Positions 1 to 8,023 of a stretch of 64,000 bases of DNA are shown here, in pieces. The translations under genes were made by a program, and so were the position numbers. This stretch comes from Candidatus Bathyarchaeota archaeon. Its GTDB lineage: Archaea > Thermoproteota > Bathyarchaeia > Bathyarchaeales > Bathycorpusculaceae. The notes beneath the pieces are model-generated. The model did not search any database. It saw only the letters and a program-made list of their open reading frames with translations, and was not told the DNA's origin. Where the stretch lies: assembly GCA_963780185.1 (NCBI GenBank), contig CAWABA010000006.1, positions 544,001 to 608,000 of the forward strand. Reading direction: 5' to 3'. Position 1 is the stretch's first letter. Every line of letters begins with the position of its first letter.

Positions 1-58
1 CAGGCATAACTTGCCTCTCCTATGGAAGATGTTTCCATGGTTTTTATTGGTTACCATG

Positions 59-1747
59 CTAACTCTTTCCTTTTCGGGTTATAAGCCTCAAAACAAGCAG
101 TATGATGAAGCTGAAAAGAATCAAGATGCCGCAGGCTAAACCAACGGTGAGAGCGTTGACGCCTGGAATCGGCGAGGCGACGCCTCGGATGGCGTTAACC
201 CAGTTAACAATTAGGACTGGCGCAGTTACAAGGTTTGAGGTTACAGCCAAGGTCGCACCTGTTTCACTGACGCTTCGGGCAAAAACGATGATTGCGCCAG
301 AAAGAATCGAGTATTTTGTCAGCGGCAGCACGATTGAGCGGAAGACAGTGAAGGGTTTGGCGCCCAGCGTTTTGGCTGCTTCCTCCATGTCAACGCTAAT
401 CCGCTCCATAGCCGCCCCCATTGACCTGACAAAGTACGGGTACGTAATGGCTAAGTGAGCGAAAACAAGAAGCAGAAACGCAGGTATGCCTGGAACACCT
501 TGCCAGAAGAACTTCAGCGAAACCCCAAGAGCAATCGACGGCACAATTATTGGCACATTGATTAACGTGTCAAGGATGCCTGACACTGTTTTGCCGAATG
601 TATGACGAGAAATCAGAATAGCCATCGGTATCCCCAAGATAATGCCCAGCACCGTTACTATCCCCGCTAATCCGTAAGAGAGCAGAAGGCTTTGCCAGAA
701 GCTTGTCCAAACGCCCGCACCCGTTAACGCCTGAATTATAGGGGTTCCCGAAGCTATCGCTTGGAAAGCAGGCAGGGCAACGAAAAGCGAAGGCACCAAA
801 ACAACAACCAAGAAAACAAACAATGCTAAGCCGTTGCGTGTCCAAGCCGTTTTCTTGTAGCTTAGTTTCTTTTCCAAAACGGGCAAGCCATGTCCGAAAG
901 GCAACTTTATTTTTGGACTTAAAATACGTATCAAACCGAAAATAGTCAATGAAACCGAAATAAGAATTAGGCTTGTGAAGACGGTTGCGCCTTGGTAGGT
1001 TGCTTGCGGAATTTGCCCCTTTTTGAATTGGTTGCTTAATTCCTGCAGGAAGACGGGTCCGTTGACGAAGGCTCCTGCCACGATGAAGGTGGCGCCTGTT
1101 TCTGAAAGTGACCGAGCGAATGCAAGCAGGAACGCCGCAATCAGAGACGGCTTTATGATTGGGAAAGTGACTGTTCGCGACGCGGTCAACGGCGGAGCGC
1201 CGAGGGTTCTTGATGCCCGTTCATACTCCATCTTGTAATCCAGCATCGCGCCGACTATGACTCGCACGACGACTGGGAACGAAAAAGTGAAATGCAAAAG
1301 CATAACTAGAAGCCAGCCCGTAGAAATTATTGGTCCGCCGAAAAGCGTTGAAATTGGTCCGCCGGGCAAGCTCCAGAAAAGCAGAAGCGAGTAGCCCAAC
1401 GCGGCGGTTGGCACGATGAAAGGTATGTCGGCGAAAGTGTCCAGAACGCTTAGCCACTTTGATTTGCCGCGGGTTATAAGCCAAGCAAGCGGGATGCCAG
1501 CGAGCAGGTCTAAGGCGGCGACAACTAAGCCGATGATGAAGGAGTTCCTTATCGCTGTCAACGCGGTGTTCATCAAGGCGGGTTGGTTGATGACGTTTTG
1601 GACTGTCGGTATTTTAATTAATATGCCGAGGATGGGCGGAATAAGGATTAGAGCGAAAAAAACAGCGACCGCCGAGAGATAGAGGGAGTACTTTAAGGGT
1701 TTTTTAGAGGACCATTTGTTTAGTGTGTTCCACAGTTTGCTAAGCAC
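59..1747 (-). CDS. ABC transporter permease with two fused BPD_transp_1 domains (Fe3+/molybdate/tungstate/thiamine-type)
   Basis: 562 aa hydrophobic ORF with two EAA-loop motifs (YERASRTLGA, MEEAAKTLGA) and duplicated FARSxSETGAT. Confidence 0.85.
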   Translation of the reverse strand: MLSKLWNTLNKWSSKKPLKYSLYLSAVAVFFALILIPPILGILIKIPTVQNVINQPALMNTALTAIRNSFIIGLVVAALDLLAGIPLAWLITRGKSKWLSVLDTFADIPFIVPTAALGYSLLLFWSLPGGPISTLFGGPIISTGWLLVMLLHFTFSFPVVVRVIVGAMLDYKMEYERASRTLGAPPLTASRTVTFPIIKPSLIAAFLLAFARSLSETGATFIVAGAFVNGPVFLQELSNQFKKGQIPQATYQGATVFTSLILISVSLTIFGLIRILSPKIKLPFGHGLPVLEKKLSYKKTAWTRNGLALFVFLVVVLVPSLFVALPAFQAIASGTPIIQALTGAGVWTSFWQSLLLSYGLAGIVTVLGIILGIPMAILISRHTFGKTVSGILDTLINVPIIVPSIALGVSLKFFWQGVPGIPAFLLLVFAHLAITYPYFVRSMGAAMERISVDMEEAAKTLGAKPFTVFRSIVLPLTKYSILSGAIIVFARSVSETGATLAVTSNLVTAPVLIVNWVNAIRGVASPIPGVNALTVGLACGILILFSFIILLVLRLITRKGKS

Positions 1748-1998
1748 AGTCCAGCTCCCAAATTTTCAACGTCTGTCTCGCTCAAAGCGCAAGTTAATGC
1801 ATTGTTCAGATATATTAGCTGTTTCTTTAAACGACTGTTTCTCACCATATTTTCGTGTTAGAATATATATTTTTGGAGTTGCCGCCCATAATCTATAGTG
1901 GCGGGCACTTCAACGCTATAGTTTAATAGAAGGCTTTATCAGGTTTAGCCATCAGAATTTTACTTAGGGTGAATTTTTTGGAAGAGAAACATAGGATA

Positions 1999-2262
1999 AT
2001 GAAGAAAAGTTTTGAGACTGAAATGTTTGTTGACAGGAAAAGGTTGCCTTTGAACAATTTTGTGCAGGAAACAATCGGCAACATCATGGCTGGGTTTTCG
2101 AAAACGCGAAAGGTGCTGGATGACGCTCCCGAACTGATTGAAGAGAAAATTAGGCGGCTTGCCAGCTCCAGCGAGTTGACGCCCACGTTTACCCTTGAGG
2201 AGCTAGCTCACGACTTTTCTGAACTGGTACAGTGTTGCGCTCATCGTGATAAGGGCGACTAA
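1999..2262 (+). CDS. small protein resembling the stand-alone MobB C-terminal-like domain
   Basis: FVDRKRLPLNNFVQETIGNIMAG resembles the VDGKxIPLNxFVQ motif; 3' end overlaps the convergent permease and is uncertain. Confidence 0.4.
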   Translation: MKKSFETEMFVDRKRLPLNNFVQETIGNIMAGFSKTRKVLDDAPELIEEKIRRLASSSELTPTFTLEELAHDFSELVQCCAHRDKGD

Positions 2263-2995
2263 ACCGATTACGCCCCAGGCTGGAAGTATTGTGCTCCATT
2301 GGTAGCCGTTGATCATCAAGGCGCGGGTAGCGGTAACGCAGTAGCTTACAGGGTTAAACATAGAGACAGTCTGCACCCAACCAGGCAGGAAACTAAGAGG
2401 AAACAACGCTGGGCTAAGGAACAACAGTGGAAAAGTGATGACGCCGCCTATCGCGAAAACCGTCTCAGAACTCCTTGTCTTCATACCCAACGCTAAAGAA
2501 ATTCCTGACCATGCAAGCCCAAAGAACGCAAGCGTGAAAAAGATAAGCAAAATTCCGACAGCGCCAGTGGTGACATAAAAGGGCTTGTTTTCAGCAGCAC
2601 CCAAAGCGTATCCTAACCCAAGAATTATGGCTGTTTGGACTAACCACTCTGAAGGCGTCACTGGCTAATCTGCCGAGCAGAATCGCGGGACGACTTACTG
2701 GCGTCACAAGCATTTTCTGCAAATATCCCGAGTCAATGTCAGCCACTATCGAGTTTCCTGACTGCAATGCGCTTCCAAAAGCATTTTGCATCACAATTCC
2801 AGCAGCTGCAAACTCAAGATAGGCTACGCCAGCTGGTAATACTCCTGGAAAGTTGGAAAGTTTGCCTAGCAGCTGTGTGAATAATACGAGGAATAAGATG
2901 GGTTGGAAGAGGGAGAAGAATAGCAGGATAGGGGTTCGAACAAGTTTTGTCAGGTACCTTATGAATATGTAGCGGGTATCAGAAAGTAAAGTCAT
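2203..2995 (-). CDS. ABC-2 type exporter permease (one frameshift near 2645)
   Basis: ORFs 2591-2995 and 2203-2661 join into one ABC-2 permease (GYLQKMLVTPVSR; FLSPALFPLSFLPGW; NPVSY). Confidence 0.8.
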
Positions 2996-3001
2996 TTTCG
3001 T

Positions 3002-4000
3002 TTATCTCCTTGCGCCGCCCCACATGGCGCTTGGCGCCTTAACTAGTTCTTCAGTTCGGATTCTTTTGCCGGTGTGCTTCATGAAAACGTCATCCAGCGA
3101 AGGCGAAGAAAACGTTACTGATGCAATCCGAATGTCGCTGCTGTCTAAGGCGCGCACAATATCAGCTATCAGCAGACCAGCGTTTTTGGCGTAAACCGTG
3201 AGGCATTCTTCGGAATCTATTATTTGAGTGACATCCGTCATAGTTTTGATAAGTTCTTTTGCTTTAGTATTGTCTTTCTGGCAGTTTTCAAGTGCAATTC
3301 GAATGGAGTCCGCTCCGATTTCACGTTTTAGATCAATGGGTGAGCCACTTGCAACTATTTTGCCAGTGTCAATTATGGCTAGTCGTTTGCATAGTTTGTC
3401 GGCTTCTTCCAGATACTGGGTTGTTAAAAAGATGGTTATGTCTTCTTCTTTGTTTAATTTCTCCAGATAACTCCAAATGGCTGAACGCGATTGAGGATCC
3501 AAACCAGTTGTCGGTTCATCCAAAAACAAGAGTTTAGGTTTGTGAACAAGGCAGTGGCGAGGTCAAGGCGTTTTTTCATGCCTCCGGAGTAGTTTCTAGC
3601 GCGTCGGTCGGCGGCTGCTTCTAAGCCTACTAAGACTGATAAGTTCGTTTACTCGTTTTTTGATTTCGTCTCCGTCCATCTGGTGGAAGTGGCCTTGAAG
3701 TGTTATGTTTTCTCTGCCAGTTAAGTCGCCGTCGACGGTTGTTTCTTGGCTTTGAACCCCAATGATCTTGCGGATAGCGGCGGCTTGCTTTTCAAGATCG
3801 TAACCTGCGACGGTGACGGTACCCGATGTTTTTCTAAGAAGCGTGGTTAGAATTTTGATGGTTGTGCTTTTTCCTGCGCCGTTTGGTCCTAGAAAACCGA
3901 AGAATTCTCCTTCCTGCACGTTGAAGGAGATGTCGTCAACGGCTTTTGTGCCGTCAGAATAAACTTCAACAAGGTTCTTCACGGAAATAATGTCTGCCAT
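3002..4000 (-). CDS. DrrA-like ABC exporter ATP-binding protein (frameshifted near 3560-3630)
   Basis: Walker A GPNGAGKST in 3596-4000; Walker B FLDEPTTGLDP in 3002-3529; YSGGM signature in the intervening sequence. Confidence 0.85.
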
Positions 4001-4154
4001 AAGCTGTCAAATACTAGGTTTGCATTTGCAGGATAAAAACATGGCGATTTCTCCCGCAAACGTTCATTTTTTTCAAGCATCTTTAATCCGATCCTGCGCG
4101 AGGTGAGTCAGCTTATCTCAAAACTTATATTCTTAGACTCAGGAAATAAGAATT

Positions 4155-5192
4155 ATGTCCTTTTGGTTTCAAGTTGCAGAGGTCATCGGCGTTAGCGCAA
4201 TCGTTTCCGCAGTTGTTAACGCGGCATTGGAGCAATGGAAATACAAGAAAGAAAGGATGTCTGCCAGACAGGAAGAACACCTAAAATACTCGGTCGAGAA
4301 TTATCCCAACTTCGCAATGATACTCACAAGAGTCAATGACGCCCTAATTTCATGCGAAGGACTCTATTACGTAGCCAACGAAGAAGAAACCGCATCAGAT
4401 ATTACCCGTGAGGATCTATACCGTGGAGTCTCCGATCTTCTTTATTTTCTGGGCACACTCTTCAAATTCGAACAAGATTTCAAATCCAAACAGGGACAAA
4501 TGTTTAGGCTGACTAGCCAGTCAATGGAAATGGTTGCAGACAGTCTTTACGGATTTGTCAGAAGAGACATGCTGTTGAGTGAGACGCAGTGCGTGTACCT
4601 TGCGCAATCAGTGCAGGGAAGGAAGCTAAAGGATTTCCGGGATTTTAGCCAGACAGACCCAGAAGTTCGCCGAATGATCGATGGCAGCATCAACATGATG
4701 CTCAAAAGGGGAATGGCAAACTACGTCAAACGATCACTGAGCACGCTGGGTCGATTATTGACAAATGAGATAGACCGTATCCGGCTTCCAGGATATGAAA
4801 GAAAAATAATTCCCCTGTCGAAGGACCAAAATGAATACATCGAAGGGCTAAAGAGGATACCTGATATCACCTTCATGGACTACGCCGATCCTCCAGAGCC
4901 AATTCGGATTCAGATTTACAACAATTGGGACCACGAAATCCTTTGGAAAATGGGAGAACCCCAGTTTAAAGTCTGCAAGAGGAAGGAAAACGATGAACTC
5001 GAAGAACTTGCAACATTGGAAATATTTGATCCAGAAGATCCGAGCAGGCAGAGGAGGTCACGTATAGGGTCTGGAGAGACTTTGCGGGCTGAATGGCCGA
5101 GCAGACCGAACCGTGAAGAAAAGGGAGAATGGGTAATACAGTATCTCCCAGGCAGCAAGTTTTCTGAAACCTACTACACCTATGGCCAGTAA
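4155..5192 (+). CDS. hypothetical protein with N-terminal membrane anchor
   Basis: 345 aa ORF, hydrophobic N-terminus, TATA-like CTTATAT upstream; no family recognised. Confidence 0.7.
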   Translation: MSFWFQVAEVIGVSAIVSAVVNAALEQWKYKKERMSARQEEHLKYSVENYPNFAMILTRVNDALISCEGLYYVANEEETASDITREDLYRGVSDLLYFLGTLFKFEQDFKSKQGQMFRLTSQSMEMVADSLYGFVRRDMLLSETQCVYLAQSVQGRKLKDFRDFSQTDPEVRRMIDGSINMMLKRGMANYVKRSLSTLGRLLTNEIDRIRLPGYERKIIPLSKDQNEYIEGLKRIPDITFMDYADPPEPIRIQIYNNWDHEILWKMGEPQFKVCKRKENDELEELATLEIFDPEDPSRQRRSRIGSGETLRAEWPSRPNREEKGEWVIQYLPGSKFSETYYTYGQ

Positions 5193-5461
5193 GGCATGGT
5201 TTCACCCAATTACCGGGCCTCGGGCTTTATGTTGCACAAAAACAGGAGTTGGAGGTTATCTGTGATCTTTTCCTAGGAGCAGTGTTATTTTTGGCATAAA
5301 ACATGCAAAGTAATGCGATTCCAGACTATAGATTCACCAAAAAATGAAGAATTGACCAATACGGATTCAAAAAAACCATTCAAAATAATCTGCTCAACCA
5401 TATGAGCATGTTATGAGCGCTTAAACCTTCATTTAGCCAATTACGTGCAAGGCGTCACTGT

Positions 5462-5767
5462 ATGATAACTAACTTAGAAAATAACGGAAAATCCGAAGAA
5501 AATGTTCCTGAACAAACTCAAATCAAGTACATAAGGTGCCCAGATTGTGGCGAAAAAATCCCTATGGTTCCAACGTTGGGAGAAATGATTGAAGCCATCA
5601 ATCATCATGTAAGCACCCACAGAAAGCAACCAAACGCCGACGTGACAGTGGCTCACTTAAAAACGCCAACAATTTGCATGGAATTGACCAAGCAAGTCTT
5701 ACAACGAGCTTCGGACATAGATGCCGACGTGCCAGATGCTCGCCAAAAGCCTTCTCTCTGGCTTTAG
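5462..5767 (+). CDS. small C2H2-like zinc-binding protein
   Basis: CPDC...HVSTH motif. Confidence 0.6.
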   Translation: MITNLENNGKSEENVPEQTQIKYIRCPDCGEKIPMVPTLGEMIEAINHHVSTHRKQPNADVTVAHLKTPTICMELTKQVLQRASDIDADVPDARQKPSLWL

Positions 5768-5987
5768 AGCCACCCCGCATGTCGAATGCAAATTTCTGCT
5801 GATTAGCAGCATGCAAAAAGTGAACCCACTGTCGATACCGAGTAGAATTTTCGCGTTTTGCATTCTCTCTCTTTATTTTTTGTTGTTTGTTTGAGAGACG
5901 TTTTTCAAAATCTGCATTTAATAAGGCTACTAAGATAACAGAAGATGCTTGTCGTAATCGCCCAACACGTTCGCTTGGATAATTGGC

Positions 5988-6425
5988 TCATTGGCCATGG
6001 TCGACTAAGGGGTATCGGGTCATGGCAGCAAGCATTACTTCACTGAAGCTTTTTTTGCTCAGATGGCGAGCAAAATCGGAAGCAGCTATTATACCAATCA
6101 ACACCTTTTCTTTTGTAACTGGAAGTCGCCTGATTTTATACTTGACCATTATCCTCGCAGCATCTCTAAGTGAGGAGTCCTCATTAATTGTTATTAGCGG
6201 ATTTGACATTACCTCAGAGACTTTAGTATCAAGCGGTTTTTTCTGCGCCAGCACCCTTCTAACTAAATCTCTTTCAGTAACAATGCCCTTAGCTTCAACG
6301 CCATCCATCACTACGAGGTCACCTACATCTTGTTGATGCATTAGTTTTGCAGCCTCAAGAACGGTCCTATTGACCTCAATGGTGATAACATTCGTCGTCA
6401 TAAAATCTTTTACAGTTGGCATCAC
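5988..6425 (-). CDS. CBS domain pair protein
   Basis: TVKDFMT...GIVTERDL...KVSEVMS...IRRLPV...GII pattern. Confidence 0.9.
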   Translation of the reverse strand: MMPTVKDFMTTNVITIEVNRTVLEAAKLMHQQDVGDLVVMDGVEAKGIVTERDLVRRVLAQKKPLDTKVSEVMSNPLITINEDSSLRDAARIMVKYKIRRLPVTKEKVLIGIIAASDFARHLSKKSFSEVMLAAMTRYPLVDHGQ

Positions 6426-6529
6426 TTTAAGAGACCGTAACCAACGGTATAAAAGTTTTGCAAAATCACAATTCAGGATTGTGAACCAAATATGTTTAAC
6501 TTGAGTTTCCTAACAGAAAACGAAAAGGA

Positions 6530-6844
6530 ATGCACTCAGAAAAATACACGAATACGCTTTCCGCTACTGGAGAGCCACGGTTGAATATCAAGAATACGGT
6601 AAAGAGGGCCCAGTCATGCCCCTATTGCCTGGGCACAAAACAAACCAGCAGATACAAGTACGTTCAGTTAGCCCACGCGTACTTTGGCGGTTCACCGAAA
6701 TATGTTAGCAAATGGATTAGCGTTAACGAAGAAGAAATTAATGCTGTAAACGAAGGACGGATACTATTGAGGGAAGAGGGGAAAAATTACCGATACCTCT
6801 ACAAGAAGAAGGTAAGTTCAGCAACAACAATAGGATATTATTAG
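6530..6844 (+). CDS. hypothetical protein (CPYC motif)
   Basis: 104 aa ORF; a decayed paralog at 7036-7170 supports it being a real gene. Confidence 0.55.
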   Translation: MHSEKYTNTLSATGEPRLNIKNTVKRAQSCPYCLGTKQTSRYKYVQLAHAYFGGSPKYVSKWISVNEEEINAVNEGRILLREEGKNYRYLYKKKVSSATTIGYY

Positions 6845-6907
6845 CAAAACCAAAAAGCACATAAATAGCACTAGAGTGTAAACAGCAACACGACTAAGAC
6901 GAAATAC

Positions 6908-6981
6908 GCGATAATAGTACAGCTTGGTTAGTACATAGGCTTGCCAAGTCTAGGACCCGGGTTCAAATCCCGGTTATCGCA
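6908..6981 (+). tRNA. tRNA-Gly(GCC), intronless, divergent AU-rich copy
   Basis: Acceptor GCGATAA/TTATCGC, D-stem GTAC/GTAC, anticodon stem TAGGC/GTCTA with loop TTGCCAA, T-arm CCGGG-TTCAAAT-CCCGG, discriminator A; no encoded CCA. Confidence 0.9.
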
Positions 6982-7035
6982 CTGTCATAATTCCCATTGG
7001 TATTTCAATTCGACCTTTTCAAACCGTAAGATTTT

Positions 7036-7170
7036 TGCAAATTAATTCAACTCTCTAAGGTCTATTCTAGCGGCTCATCGAAATTCATTGGCAAATGGCT
7101 CTAACCTAACAGAAGAGACAAAATCCCCGATACGCCTACAAGAAAAAAGTTCAGTTCAGCGGCAACAATA
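7036..7170 (+). pseudogene. decayed paralog of ORF 6530-6844
   Basis: Translates CKLIQLSKVYSSGSSKFIGKWL* vs YKYVQLAHAYFGGSPKYVSKWI, then RYAYKKK vs RYLYKKK. Confidence 0.65.
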
Positions 7171-7277
7171 TGGCATAACCACAAAGCAGATAAATAACAG
7201 CCGAGACTATCACAAAGTTAGCCCGAATCGGTGAGAGCATCGCCAGAGGTCGTATTCCAATAAGATTTCATGTATGT

Positions 7278-7384
7278 GCGGTCGTAGTCTAGTTTGGTCT
7301 AGGACATCAAGCCCCTGAGTTAGGCTCTGGGCGTGTAAGCCTGCCACGCTGACGACCCGGGTTCAAATCTCGGCGACCGCACCA
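7278..7384 (+). tRNA. tRNA-Gly(GCC) with 29-nt non-canonical intron (7310-7338, position 29/30) and encoded CCA
   Basis: Acceptor GCGGTCG/CGACCGC; bulge-helix-bulge TAGG-ACAT-caa-GCCC...GGGC-GTGT-aag-CCTG; splicing gives anticodon arm TCAGC-CTGCCAC-GCTGA. Confidence 0.93.
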
Positions 7385-7560
7385 TAACCCATTCATTTTT
7401 CCTAGCGCGGTCAGAAGGTCGTGTAATCCAAAAAAGTGAAACATCGTGAGTTTGCTTTCCCCGAGAATAAATAATGGGTAGGCTGGTTCTCGAACGCCTA
7501 GAGAAGGCGCCTTTTGGGAAGCAATGCTGCTTCATCATTTACGACTGATCCAAACCCGAA

Positions 7561-7692
7561 ATCTAAAAATCAGCTCAAGAAAAGCCCCAATTGGCAACCT
7601 CCCACCTATAGGGATACCCAGTACTTATTACAAAAACCTAACAAGCATGAGTTCCGAATGTAGCCAACCTACCCCCGCCCCACTATTTACAA
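7561..7692 (+). repeat. dispersed non-coding repeat, degenerate copy C
   Basis: Colinear with 48315-48450: CTAAAAA.CA..., CAACCT.CC, AGTA.TTA..CAAAA, ATG.GTT, AGCC.ACC, CCCCACTATTT. Confidence 0.55.
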
Positions 7693-7831
7693 TTGGGAAC
7701 AGCAGGTAAAAAACGAGCGACAGCAAACCAGTCTTAGCTCAAGTCAATTGAAGATTCTTTCTTAGCCTCTTCAGGGCAGCTTCAGCGGGGTTTTAATGCA
7801 TTGATTTATAAATTGAAGATTCCATAAGGAA

Positions 7832-8023
7832 ATGAGATTCCAAATGAAATTGCGAAGAAAGAAACCTGAAGATTCTTCCAGCCAACAGGAACCGCAGAAA
7901 AAAAAGCTCAAAGGAAAATCTAAAGGTTTCGAAGTTTCTGAAGACAAAATGAAGTTTTTTATCGCAAAGGGTGTGGGTAAAAAGCACGCGCGCTACGCTG
8001 GAGGAAGCTTGGTGGATGAATAA
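7832..8023 (+). CDS. short ORF resembling the start of the cytoplasmic domain of the downstream protein
   Basis: EVSEDKMKFFIAKGVGKKH vs EIADSKVKFFVAKGRRKKH in 8016-10430. Confidence 0.45.
   Translation: MRFQMKLRRKKPEDSSSQQEPQKKKLKGKSKGFEVSEDKMKFFIAKGVGKKHARYAGGSLVDE

Noticed and set aside
4100-7400. Provirus or integrative element at tRNA-Gly
   Set aside because: No integrase or viral genes are present, and no exact att duplication of the tRNA 3' end was seen.
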